DNA from: Raillietiella orientalis
Taxonomy: Eukaryota
Assembly (NCBI GenBank): GCA_036172245.1
Contig: JAYWIR010000016.1
Coordinates: 558,001-622,000, forward strand
Direction: 5' to 3'
Length of the DNA stretch: 64,000 bases
Below are positions 25,301 to 37,480 of the stretch, in pieces; position 1 is the first letter of the stretch; each line of letters starts with the position of its first letter. A program made the translations under genes and the position numbers. The notes under the pieces are model-generated. The model was given only the letters and a program-made list of their open reading frames with translations, searched no databases and was not told the origin of the DNA.

Positions 25301-25774
25301 ACTTCTGGAGTGCGGCGCGGAAGTTCAGGAGGAGGAGGAAGGGGAGAAGAACGGAAGATTCACGCAGAGATTTCTTCCGTGTGGATTCTTCGGGCGAAAT
25401 TCGAACGCGTGCAGCAAGACTTGAGTGACGAAAACAGGTAGCGTCTCCAGATCCTGCAGGACAGAGCCTTTGTCCCACCTACCCGCACTATTCGCCAGTT
25501 TGTCCGCTAGGAGCTCAATGTAAAGGGTAAGCGGGAGCGAGACAAAAGGACCCGCATCTCGATTTCAGCTTGGGGCACTTGCCAGCAGCCTCCATTCCAG
25601 TCTCCAGTGGCTACGTGTATGCTGCCTTTCCTCCGTAACAGTCAACATCCCGCTCAAAATTAAAAATTCACGTACTGTAGTTACCTTCTCATTCGAAGCC
25701 TCCTTTCATTCATCCTCATCCTTATTTGATGCCAGACTGTACAAGCTGTACACGAGCCCACTTTGTGAGCCTTC

Positions 25775-27590
25775 ATTGGATGGCCGTAGGGCTACGGCTG
25801 CTGCAAGAGGCACCTATTGTCGTGGGTTCGAATATCCGTAAAGGATCGACGCCACGAAGGCCGCACGGAGCTGAGAGGGAAGCTGCAAGAGACATCGAGT
25901 CGCGCGCGAAGAGGCACAGAAAAAAAACCCTTTTCCGTTGCCCATCGGGAGTGGGGGGGTCGCAACGGAGCGTTTCCAGTTACTCGGGAGGGCAGCACAA
26001 TCCAGCAACAGGTGCGGGAAATTCTCCCGTTTCCCACACCTGGCACAGTCTGAGGACTACATCCCCTCTTGTCCAACGGTGGACCCATGCGTTGCATGGG
26101 ATCGCCCTGTGCAGCGACTGCAATGCCGAGTCCTGCCATTCCAGGGGAAGCGTGGAGCTGTCCACAAACACCGGGGGTACTTCTCTCTCTTCAGGAAGAA
26201 CGTGCAGGAGTTGAACCCAGTGAGGAATCCCTTTGGGGAGAGCGGCAGGGGTGCATTCTTCAGCCAGCTGACCCGCCGTATAGTATCCCAGCTTCCCTCG
26301 CAGCTCCGTGAGGCCTTCGTGGGATCGTGGCGGCGAGAAGCTGCCCCGAAAGGCCACTCGAGTGATGAGGTCATCCCAATCGTCTGCTCCTTCGTGAGGA
26401 AGGCCGCATCTCTCCAGCAAGAGGAGCAAGTTGCCAACGTCCTCCGGAGGGTGCTGAGGACGCCAGGAAGAAATCCTCGATCCCTTCCCCCTCACATTTT
26501 TTAAGACTCAACTTTTGTGCGTATGTTTTTTTGTTTTTGTTCACCCCTTCCCCCACTCCTCCTGTGCGGACCTCAGCGGGGAGCTGCCCACGTGAAGCAG
26601 CGCCTCCGCGGCGGCATTTCCCTTCGCAGTGGTGATGTGCAGCCACTACGAAGAAGGGCATTTTTATATTTTATATGACTTTTTTACAACCAACGCCCCG
26701 GAGTGACCGGGCGAAAAAAAAGGATCGACGCCAGGACTGCATGGGTCGCGGGTTTTTCCCCCACGCGGGACGCTGATTGGCTCGCAAGGCTTCGGGTGAA
26801 GCACTGGAAAGTGTCCCCGGGCTTGGGGCCGTCGGAGACCGGGTGCGTCTCGTCGAGACGGACCAGAATCCGGAGTGGAGGATCCTCCGGGATCCACTCC
26901 TTTTCCCGGCTGTCGCGCCGGTTCCCCGGTTCGCGACTTCTTCATTTTGTCCTTAGGAATGAAACCCCCGGAGCGCGAAGCAAACGGCTCCAAGGTTTTA
27001 GGAACTCCGAAAGTCCCTTTCGCCGCGACAGGGGCGGCAGGAGCACCGGCGGCGGGATGCTGGGAGTGCAAAGTCATTTCGACAGCGCTCGCCACTCGGA
27101 AAGAGCCGTCGGCACACGGGGTGCGGATAACGACCAGAGGGGGAAGCGTGCCGTCTTCCCCTTTAGTTCGAGCCCAACGCCTAAATCTTGAGCGTCTGAC
27201 CGGCTCAAATTCGAACGAAGTGGGGCCATCTGAATCCAAAACTGGGAAGAGGAAAAAAAGTACCTCGGAAGCTCCGAGGGTCCCCAAACCCGCCACATCT
27301 CGCTTATGCGTGCTTTCTCTGCTGCAGCTGCTTAGCATTCCACGTGACGTTTGTGTGCAATCCAAAAGTAAATACCTTGGACAAAATGCAAAAGCGGTTT
27401 GAGGGAGGTCACGTGCTTTTTCGCAGTTTGGTAGCGATAGCTCGAGCAGGACTACTCAGGGACTCACCAGAAACCACCACGGAACACCTGGAAGGGACAC
27501 CCCACCCACCATCTAGTCAGCTGCTCTCCCCCACGGCAGGCACGTTCCCGCTCGTTGCGCCGGACCTCCAGGAACGGTGTCGGAAATCAA
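25775..27590 (+). mobile_element. tRNA-headed SINE-like repeat, interrupted by a LINE at 25855-26718
   Basis: The head has tggccgtaggg (A box-like) and gggttcgaat (B box). The body after 26733 aligns with the copies at 31420-31918, 40205-40975 and 59040-59570. Confidence 0.7.
25855..26718 (+). mobile_element. Tx1-like LINE with 5' inversion and 15-bp TSD
   Basis: TSD aaaggatcgacgcca at 25840-25854 and 26719-26733. 25855-26293 is antisense and 26289-26718 is sense relative to the copy at 62331-63693. Knuckle CARCGKRENFPHLLLDC; terminal hairpin plus A tail. Confidence 0.9.
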
Positions 27591-28229
27591 CCCAGGATGC
27601 TGCCAATTGGAAATCCGAGGACGGAGGCGCCCGAGTTGTTTTGTTTCTTGAGTGTGTGCACAGTTTGTTTTGAGAAGCTGACTCCGTCTCGAGTCGAGTC
27701 AGCTTCTCAAAATAAAGATGCTTACTTATTGAAGCAGCTCGCTTCGGGTCGTCATCCCCGGTTGAGGGTTCCTTCTTCCCAGCGTTTTCGGAATCGAGCG
27801 TAGAGTGTTCAGAGACACTTTTGAGTCACTCGAGTGCCTCTGCATGGGAGTAAAGTGTTGAAGCGCCGACGGCGCCTGAGTCCGTTTTGGTCGATAAAGC
27901 AAACCCGTGGATGAAGATTCAAATGAATCGTCGAGATGATCGACGTGTTATCGAATGCACAAAGGACGATGGAGTACTCTTAATGTTTCCATTTGTATTA
28001 ATTCATCCGTTCCCTTCTAAGGACACCGAATTTCGGAGCCATTCCGTTAACTAACACATTTGTGAGCTCGTCTCACTTGGCAACCGCGAAACAAATCTCA
28101 AGTACGGAATAAAAATGCTATTTCCTCCTTCCTCCGAAACGAAATACAGTCGTGCCTCGGTACTCGACGGTTTCGGAACTCGAAAAACCGTCGTATTCTG
28201 AAGAGCAAAAAATGTTTCGACACTCGGCG

Positions 28230-28800
28230 CATGCTCGGAACTCGACACCCCACTCATGATGGAACGAGTGAACGCTTTCGTCTCGTGGTAGCCTGCGAAC
28301 GATGCCGAACACTTCCGGATACTTCCCCCTTTTTTTGTGTGCTTTATGTGCATTTTAAGCGTTAATCGTGGATCCTGAAATGGCTAAAAATAATGCCACG
28401 AAACCTAGAAAGGAACTCGTTCGGTACTCGTCGGTTTCGGCACTCGTCGCGAGTTCCGGAACCAATTGCCGACGAGTACCGAGCTACAGTGAGAGGTCCA
28501 TCGCAACTTCCGGTCACGGTGGGACTTGCAATAGCTGTTTTTTGCCTTTTGCATTCTGTGTGTACTTGTGTACGCGTGAGAACTCTTTGAGATTTCGAGA
28601 TCAAGAAGATCTCATCCTGATGGCAGCAAACTGCACGCCACGATGCGCGACTACCACGTCTCATAATCTGCAAGTCACGATGAACGTGCAAGGTGTTCAT
28701 CGTGTCTTGCATATCGATGTCCTCGACACTTCCGACACACACCCAGAGTTCTGCCGAGATGCGGTTCGAGTTCCCCAAGTGCTGGGAAAGGGTGCAGTTG
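28230..28800 (-). mobile_element. Mariner transposase N-terminal (HTH/linker) remnant
   Basis: RISAELWVCVGSV..HRDLQIMRRGSRASW (~IA.ELGIS.GSV..IH.DL.MRKV.ARWVP), NEFLSR and HETK. Confidence 0.6.
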
Positions 28801-29394
28801 CTTGCTGGATTCCGTTTATCGCGGTGGTTTTTGACAATTGCCATGGCAACCGAGCAAGACGTTTATGATTCCAGGTTGATTCCCATCTTGCGTTCCTCTA
28901 AATGTCCCAATAAATGCACTTTTGCATGATGCAATTTCAACAAGAGTTTCTATTCGCATTTGCAGTTAACTGCTCACGATCTCATTCAAGATTGTGGATG
29001 CAACTAAATATATCCCAGGCTAAGCGTATCCCAGCAGAGAACTCACAGTTTCCAGGAGCCGCACAGTTTCCTAAAAATTGTACTGCTATTAAGAGGTTTC
29101 TCACAGGGGCAGATGGTGTTGGCGCGAGGCGTTCGAAATTTACGATCTTGATCTAATAATACGCACGGTAGCTACTATGAGATAGGTTGTCTGGGCAACC
29201 AGCTAGCTGTTATCCCCGAACAAAGCGGGCTGATTTCCTGGAAGTCCTTTTCGTGTCAAATGCTCAGGAATTACGCGGGGGTTCAGCGCCCGGTGCATGC
29301 ACCTTTTGGTCGGCATGTGTGACGACCAACGGTCAAGGCTTCCTCTTGGAATCCGTCGGGAGAATTTATCTGGATGCAAGCCTTACTCGGGTCA

Positions 29395-30450
29395 CCTTCT
29401 CATTCCCGACTTCCAGGTCACTAATTTAAAACCATGTGGAGTTAAAATAGTACCGACATGGGCCTATTCCAAACCAAAGGGATTACCTCCACGGGAGAGG
29501 AACCAGGAATGCGTTGGGGGAGAGGAGGACAGTAAGTGAATAAATAAATAGGCAATAGGGAGGACTGGCCTCACCGCACTCATCATAGCTCTCGAGTCGG
29601 ACGGAAGGCGGGTGGGAAGGGGGAGAGGGGGAACGGGGTGCGCTCAACGGCGTCCGATGGTTCTCCTTTGCACCCCACGTCCCGGATTGAGGCCGTTTAA
29701 GCGCCCCTCCGCACGCAAGCGTTGGCGATCCCAGGCGGCCTCCCGGGATGGCGGCCATTCCTTTTCTCCATTTTGCAGGTCGCCGCTGCTCGCGCCGCCC
29801 GTGCCACCAGGACACGGGATGGTCGGCGCTTCCTTCGGCTTTTCGGGCCGAAAACTTGCCCTAGCTCCCGCCGTCATCTCCGCACATCCATCCAGGAAAC
29901 GCCCTAGAGTGCAGCGATAAAAACGCATTTGCTGCCAATCAGCTGATAATCTCTCCACGCTGCTACCCCCACGCCGCGGGCCCCTCGCCCCCGTGAGATT
30001 TATGTTTCAGAACAGCGGCGAGCGAAAAAAAAAAACATATTCCTGCAAGGATGTCGTTCCTCCTTCATTCTCAGGGAAACCCGCAGTCAGCGCGACCTCA
30101 CGAAAATTTCACCTCATAGGGGTCCCTCCCAGCCCCAGTAGGTCCGAGCAGGGCAGACCAAACCGGAAGAACACCCAGCGCGATCCCGTGGAAGAAGGTG
30201 GCTTGCCAGGGCAGACAAAGGTGCGCGCGTATCGAATTGCGTCACAGCATCGAAGAGGTCGCATCTTCCGAGCCGATGTGACCAGTGATAAGAGAAGAAG
30301 ATGTTTCTTTTTTTTTTTTCGTTTGCTGCTAACGTGCGGCCCCAGGTGTGCACTGCACACACCGTGTGCCCACGGCGTTTTCGACTTCGATGATATCCAG
30401 AATGACAATCACTGCATCTCGTTCACCAAGCGCTAGACCATGGGGTTGTG
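29395..30450 (-). mobile_element. L1/Tx1-like LINE 3' remnant
   Basis: WGRTLAAN (~LS..GR.LV.N), IFFSYHWS (~F.FLW) and LSADWQQ/FLSLHSRA, matching LPLEWQDSALQSLHRA of the 62-63 kb copy; similar 3' UTR (ggagaggag..aataaataaata on the plus strand). Confidence 0.6.
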
Positions 30451-31419
30451 AGCCATGAATCGCCTCAAGCCGTCAGCATCTAACAGTGATGACATGGGAA
30501 GGAGCAACGAAAACTCCGCTCTTCGAAAATGCCTCCTGCGAAGCTTTTGAGTGCCTTCAACGAACGCAAACAAAAACCAGAAAAGAGTTGTCTCGGACAC
30601 CCTTCCTCACACGAGACGCGAAATTCGATTCAGGAGTTCAGAGAAAAAGAACCGATGCACGGTTGGCTTAGCGAATTTCTCAAATGATTTATTTTTGTAT
30701 GTTGATCATCGAAGACGGAGGAGCCCATCTTCGGATAAAGAGGGCCGTATGTGTATGCCTGCACGTCACTTGCAGATTGTTTAAGAAATATTCGAATTTC
30801 CCTTATAACCAGCTCGGTGTTCTCAATGGAGCTCAGCACGTGGCTGCAGCAACGGTTCTTGAGAGATTATGGCAATCTGGAAAGCTGCGCATATTAGCAG
30901 TTAGCAGAAATTCCAGCATTGATCATTTCCTCGTAATTATCCGATGCAGCTCGTGCTTCTCCGCACACCTCGGCATCCTCTTCTCGGACGTGTCTGTCCG
31001 TTCCACCCCTGCCTTCGCTCATGGGTGATTCGAACGATTGCCCTTGACTGTAAGGATTGCACTTCTTTTCCCCAAAGAGCACCACCGTCCAACTTGTAAA
31101 GAAGCGCCTCCTGACGAACGAGGAGTGTCCCCCCGCGCGCCTAAAGTCCAGGGGGTAAAATCGTCAGAGTGCGTCGGCGGTCACGTGATGCAGGAGGACC
31201 GAGGCATGACCCCCGAGGGGCTGGCCCCTCGGTCATGCCAGGTCATCGAATGGGGTTCGCGAGGTTCGGTTCTTACATCTTTAAGACCACCAGCACCATG
31301 GTGAAGACCAGGAAGTAGTGCAGGATTCGCGGGAGCTGTGTGGACACGGTGGTTTCTGGGAAAGCGTGCCCGGGTAGTCATGGAGAAGCAGCGAGCCGTC
31401 CAGGGAGGCTCCGGAGGAA

Positions 31420-31918
31420 GGAATCCGTTCCTTGGTAAGGGGAACGCCAGAAGGGAACCCTCTCTCCTTCGTTGTCTCCGGAGGGACCACCCGCGAGGGG
31501 ACCGCTCCTTGTTTACTCCCCTGAAGAGAACCCGGAAGGGACGCTTCCCGTTTTCTCTGAAAGGCGCTCCCCGAAGGGGACAGTGCGCTTCTTCATCACA
31601 CTCTGGCAGCTCCATGGGGAGCGATGGAGGGCGGTTCCATTTTACAACCGGAAGGGAGCCCCGGTGGGAACGGGCTCCTTAACGTCCTCCTGGAAGGACC
31701 CCGTAGAGTCAACTCACAACCTTGGCCGGTCAGCGGGGCATGCGGTTTCCGGCTTCCGCCAATGCCGTACCCGAAGCCAGCCAGCGTCATCTTGCGGAGG
31801 GGGCTCGAAACCCACGACCCACCTTCCGTTTCCCGGCTCGATACTCCACGTGGGGATTCGAACCCACGCGCTCAGTGTAGCTGCGGTGGCCACGTGGCCG
31901 CCAACTCGGGCCACAGGA
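31420..31918 (-). mobile_element. tRNA-headed SINE-like repeat (uninterrupted)
   Basis: The minus strand reads tggcccgagttgg (A box) ... gggttcgaatccc (B box), followed by the shared body. Confidence 0.8.
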
Positions 31919-32849
31919 TTTGTGGATTTGTGGGAGGTGATACGGTGGCTTCTAAAGAGAGTGTCCGAGTAGCCACAGCAACGCAGCCGCCCAGGTCTTT
32001 AACTTAGCCATCACGGTGGCATTTCTGACAAAAATTACGAAAATTCAAAATCATTGGAAATTCCTCCTTATAAAACGGCTCGTAGAATTTTCTCCAAGTT
32101 GGTACGGAGATACGTCTTCTTGGAGGACTCGTTGCAATCTGGAATCCTCTGTCCACCACTCTGACCGCGTCGTCCGACGATCTCTGCCTCCCATCCGCGT
32201 TTCCTTTTTCCCAGAACGTTCCGCCTATCTTGAAAATCAGACGTGTGCTGTAGAATCGAGCAGCCACGAGTGTGCCACGAGCGAGGAAGATTCAGAACCC
32301 AAGAGGCAAAGGGGTGGATGAGGTTCAACCCAGGTTGAGTGAGGATGCGCCCGCCTTTATTTCCAAAAGTGCCCTTCGGAGTGGCCTTCATCCCGCCCTT
32401 CGGTCGCCTGCATCATTCAATATTCATTGAATCGTTCAGTTTGCAACACGAACCGTAGGGACCAGGAATGGGAAAAATACATGCAGAGCAGGTTTCCAGG
32501 AAAAGTGTTTGGACAGCAACGGGAGAACTGCACGTAAAGAGAATCACGAGTTATCCTCGGAACGGCCAGGTCTTTTCGTAGAAATTTTCCTCCTTTTACG
32601 TATCCCGAAAGCCTGTATTCATTCCGATATAAAACTTTATGTTGGTCGTACGTTCGAGGAGCACAGAAACAGGTATGGGGGTAAGAACCGACCCTCGAAG
32701 ATCTAGAAAATGCAAACCGTGAGAACGTTGTTAATGGGTATTCATCTCGGTGCGTCCTCCGTTTTCACGTTGCTTTTCCGATGGCTCCCGAAGATGTGAT
32801 TTCGTTCAGGAAGGAAAATCAACCGGACTCGTAAAGTTCAACTGTTAGG

Positions 32850-33600
32850 TCAACTGATGGAAAGGCCACTTCCATTTGGCGTCTTCAGGACACGGGGCTC
32901 GGCTGGCGATGCATCCCCACGGCAGAATTCCGTGAGCGAGGTCGGTTGGATCCTGTCGCGTCGCAGCGATCCGAGAGACCACGAAAATTTAGGATGCTTT
33001 GGGGTCAGCCTTGCGATCGCACCTGTAAACACTCCTGGCTGAATCCATCCATTTTGAACTCACTGAGCTGCATTTGCGACTTCCGGGACAACGTGCTCGG
33101 GTGAAGAACCGGATGAGCTTTTTTCTAGCGAGTCGGAAAAAGTTCACTTGCGCTCATTTGCGTCGGCTCTTGCTCCACAATCATCTGCACCGCCGGAGAG
33201 AATCAGTAACCAGTTCATTCGATGAGGGTAGGTCCACTTGTTTCAATCCTCGCAGACGGAGGGGGGAGGGAGAGGGAGGATTGCAGCTACCTGGGGGGGG
33301 ACGAAAAATTACAGCAAAAAAGCAAAAAAGCAAAGCAGCTGAGCAAAAAATTCTTCCATAGGAGTAATCGTGAAGATCTCCCGGTATGGAATTCACCTGA
33401 GATCAGCTGGTGGCCGAGCTCTCCTCGGTCTGCATCCAAGGACGAACGGAAATGCAATTAGAGCTCCAGCCGAGGGAGGAAGCAACGCAGCTCTAGGAGC
33501 TAAAACTAAAAGAGAAGGAAGAGTGAAATCGTCATTCCAGCTCCCTACTTCATCCCGACCCAAGAAAGTTACCACGGTAACGCAGAGAGCTGTTTCGTGG
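32850..33600 (+). mobile_element. Decayed RLE element, 3' part
   Basis: LHNHL (~RHN.I), KSKKAK and GGRALLGLHPRTN (~VG.LG.W.P.N). Confidence 0.35.
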
Positions 33601-33949
33601 AAGCACACACATGCGTGGACCAGCGTAAGAAGGCGTTTGTACGGTGCTCTCATCAATACCACAGGTTTTGATGCTTAACGTAAGAATAATGGCATCTACT
33701 TTTGGAACCGATGATTCATTTCAGGAGAACACTATGATCTCATCCGATTCCACGATTCACAGCCTCCAAGTCTCACCTACCCAATTCAGCCCAACTGAGT
33801 GTTCGCTTTGTTCTTTAGAAATCAGCAGTGTATGTAATTACGTGCACTCCAGATGTGCCGAAAAAAATGGCAAGCAAACAAGGGGCATCTGTGAACGGGA
33901 GCGAACAGCTCATCTTCTCGATCATAGGAGTCACTTTCCCCGGCATAAA

Positions 33950-34800
33950 AATCTCGACAAACTGTGCTTTTCCATTTGAGGGTTTCCTTGACCCTGCGTC
34001 CTCCCCTTTGACTGCGACTTTCCCCCCCTTTGCGAGCGGCTCTGCAGGGAAGCTGCTGGCACAAAGTTGTTCTTTGCGTCACGATCGCAACCACCAAACC
34101 ACGTCCGACCATGAGCACGATTTTTAGCAATGAGGTCCAACGGTGTCCAACGGTGTTCCAGCAGAACTCTTCTTTTGGTAACGTGGCTTCAGCTTTTGCT
34201 CCTCTTGTCTTTCGAGGTCGTGCACGCAATTTGTGCCTTTTTTTTTTTTTTTTTTTGAGTTCGAACAAGCTCTGCGGGTTGTGTTTCACATGCCGCGGAG
34301 CCTGAAGCGGAAGCAAAGAGATCAGCAGCGGGGAGATGGGGAATTCCTCGGATCTCTTATCATACGGGATCTGCTATGCACTTGGAAGAACCAAGAGCAT
34401 TCGGTAACTTTGCCGCATTCGACAACTGGCTTAAGGCAAAAACTCAGCGGTCCACGGAGAAGATCGCATCTGTGAGAATCGGATGCGTAGAGAAATCATT
34501 TTATCGGGAACGGGAAGAGCGTTTGCGGCGTGCAGCCGGCTCGTTTGGCCACCGACCTCTCAAGACAAAAATTGGAAATGGAGCTGCTGCAGGTACCTCA
34601 CCGAAACTTCCATTCCACCCAAATTCAAGCTGTGTGTGCCGCAGACAACGGAAGGGGCTGTGGGATCGAAGCAGACACCCGTGGTTCCCGAATTCTTATT
34701 GGCCAGCCGCAGTCACCAGGACGTCCAGCTTCCTCAACAGGCTGTTCAAAGGTATCCATCTTAAAGAAATGGGATGCGTTTGCAGCGTGTTTCTTTTCCT
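33950..34800 (+). mobile_element. Decayed non-LTR reverse transcriptase
   Basis: HLEEPRAFGN/LPH (~WLDL.NAFGS.PH), KIGNGAAAGTSPK (~I..GV.QG.PLSP) and ILIGQPQSP. Confidence 0.55.
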
Positions 34801-35239
34801 CCTTGATTTGCTAAATTATTCTTCCTGAATCATGAAGAGACTTTCTTGCTAAAGTGTCCACTCCCAAAACTCTGGTACGACTCGATCTGGAAAATACACA
34901 CTGCACATCCCAATGACGTAATGAATTGCATATACAAACGTACGTATTTGGGGTTTATTCTTGGCCTAACCGATAGATCTCGATGGGACTGTGTATTTAT
35001 TTAATGAAACATTATTTGGTGTACAACGCATCGTTTTGAAAATGAGAATTTCATGTTTTCTCCCTTACGACCTTACGTTGGCTACTAAATTTTCCGATGG
35101 AATAATAATAGGCCATCATTCGTAACAGCAACGCAAATCACTTAAGTGTGTAATTAAAGAAGCGAACTGCTTCGATCACATTCATCAATTACGTCACTCA
35201 AACTCCGTTTCATTTTTTTTGGCGCTCTCGTGGAGGTCA

Positions 35240-35420
35240 TTCGTCGCGTCTCGCATTGCTCGTCGAATGACGGTTCGTGAGCTTTTCGTAGATGCTCCCG
35301 TAAGCATCCCGGAAACCGGCACGAAACGGCAGAAAGACCAAAGGATGGATGGCCTCGGGCACCAGGCGGCAGAGGGTGAAATGTCCAACGTCAGAAAGAT
35401 TTCAAACGTCAAAGGTCACG
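35240..35420 (+). mobile_element. Internally deleted mariner remnant
   Basis: RRMTVRELFVDAPVSI is joined to PETGTKRQ (~RR.TVREL..IS / PETKRQS). Confidence 0.55.
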
Positions 35421-35519
35421 ACAGGACGCAAAGGGACGGGCGGTCTCAGACATCCGGAACAGAAAAGGAATACTCGAAGAGCAAAGAGTGTGTATTTTTT
35501 ATTTACAATCCATCTCTAA

Positions 35520-36000
35520 AGATCACTCCTTTTCAAGGGGTGGCCATGGGCGACGTACCAGAAGAAAAGTGAGAGAACCGCAGAGGGTGTTCGAGGGACC
35601 TTAGGAGAATTCAACGAGTATCCAGGCGGGGCACCCGGAAATGATGTCCTGGAACAAAGTGAAGAGCAACAGCTGCGATTTCACTTGCTCTGGGAAAATC
35701 GCGCAAACAAGCAACTGTTTACGTCTCAGTGCATCGCAGACGGTTGGTGTGCTTCCTCATTTCAGAGCCAAGAAACTGAGTGGCCAAGGGCGAATCAAAC
35801 TGCACGACAGGATCTCTCATCTCCCTTTTTGATAGTAATAAGAACCACATCCAGTTGCAGTGAGAGTACGGAAAATCTGGACTCCGAAATTCCCCTCCAG
35901 AGGAACTCCAAAGCAGCAGGAAAGCTAGCTTCCCTGCTACTTTGGAAGAAACCCATTGGATGGGTGGGGCACAACTGACGTATACAAAACTCACCCATAT
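35520..36000 (+). mobile_element. RLE endonuclease remnant
   Basis: DFTCS/WENR (~DVTCPFENR), FRAKKL and PIGWVGHN (~I.WS..IY). Confidence 0.45.
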
Positions 36001-36049
36001 GATTCAGGTGAGAGGCACTTTTCTGATACCTTTTCACATTTATGATGAT

Positions 36050-36620
36050 AGCCATGATTTATGATACCCTCATATTCCATATACTTATACCTCTCCATGT
36101 GTAGGGCTACGTGATGCTATATGAAGCACAAAAGGGCCCATAGGCCTGCATGCTATACAACTTGCTATACAATCCTGCGCACTTCTGTCTTGCCGTTTCA
36201 TTACAAGTCGCTCGTGTTCTATTTATCAATGTACTCGTCTCCTCATCCCGTAACGCAGTTCAAATACAGTTGACCCTGATCGAATTTGTTGAACCATGCG
36301 GTCATTTCGTGCCGTACAATATTGCTGTGCCACAACCGTACAGTATCGTATCGTATCCTATTGCACGGTCGTATCGCCTAGCACTGCTTTACCAGATTAC
36401 ATAACCTCTTCCAATGCCATGAAATACTACTGTATCCGGCCACACCATACTACCGGCTATGTATACATTACGGTATCACATGCAACGCAGTGGGATTTTG
36501 CATTGATTTGAAATTATTCTCACTTCACGTGCTTTATTAAAGTATGCTATCATTGCATTATGGCGGTGTCATTATAATATCATGTCATAGAAGACTGCAC
36601 ATATGTCACTCTACGACGCT
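36050..36620. repeat. Degenerate AT-rich pentamer-like low-complexity tract
   Basis: Recurrent tatcg/tacag/catac/tatgc units, e.g. gtatcgtatcgtatcc. Confidence 0.4.
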
Positions 36621-36799
36621 GCCCAGCTATCTTTTTTTTTTTTTTTTGACTGGCAGGAAACCGTGAAAGACAAATGAATTTAGGATTCATGATTTTTGAG
36701 CCTTCTTCCCTTAGATGAAACCGTTTCAGAAGCCTTTTCCGGATAAACGCTCCAGATGCTGTGGGCGCAACCGGAGTTTAAAGTGTCATTGGATAGCGA

Positions 36800-37480
36800 A
36801 ACGCGTGACAAGGGAAATTGTCATCAAGGGTCTTAGAGCACGAGAGCACATTGGGGAGTACTCATGAACAGTCCAAGGGCAACATTCCCACAGAGGGCAC
36901 AGTTGGAACACACATGAGAGTGCCAATCTGAGCGAGGGGGGCACGAACAGGGGGTCAGGTCGTCCAGGCTCGACTTTGACTACTTTACAGAGTGAACATG
37001 CTCGTGAATCCACCCCGAGGAATCCGTGATTCTCTTCCAGGGAATCATCGCCGGAGTTGTTCCTGCAGCTCAGAGTCAGCAAAGGGAGAGTAGAAATTGC
37101 CTTTCAGCAGCTGAAGGATTCGAAAGTCTGAGGTTTCCCATGGCAGCTGACACCAAAGCATAAGGCGCAGAAGAAGGAGATTCTCTCCACGCTTTTGGCT
37201 GCAAGTGGGGTGGCAGAGAATTTTGTTTTCCCTACAAAATGGGTCCTGAAGATGGAGCCAGGATGCTTCGAACCAGAACGAAAGCAATCGACCAAGTCGG
37301 CAGCACGCAAGTTCTCCAAGAAGTTCTTCGTCTCCTTGCTGGACGGCACTCTCTTCCGGAAGTTGGGACGCCTTTCCCTGCCGCACTGCGGAAGGGAAAA
37401 GCCTGGCAGGCTTCTCGGACGATCCCGACCATTTCAGGCAAAAAGGGACATTACTCTTGAATATCCGCTGAGGGTCAGAC
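36800..37480 (+). mobile_element. Decayed RLE element, 3' part
   Basis: HSHRGHSWN (~FIHRARLN), QLTP..KKEIL, SLQNG (~PFENG), DGTLFRKLG and KRDITLEY (~SRDIYVEH). Confidence 0.5.

Noticed and set aside
27564..27579. acctccaggaacggtg resembles the vertebrate U2 3' end
   Set aside because: There is no flanking U2 homology, and ggaacggtgtcg is part of the SINE-like body.
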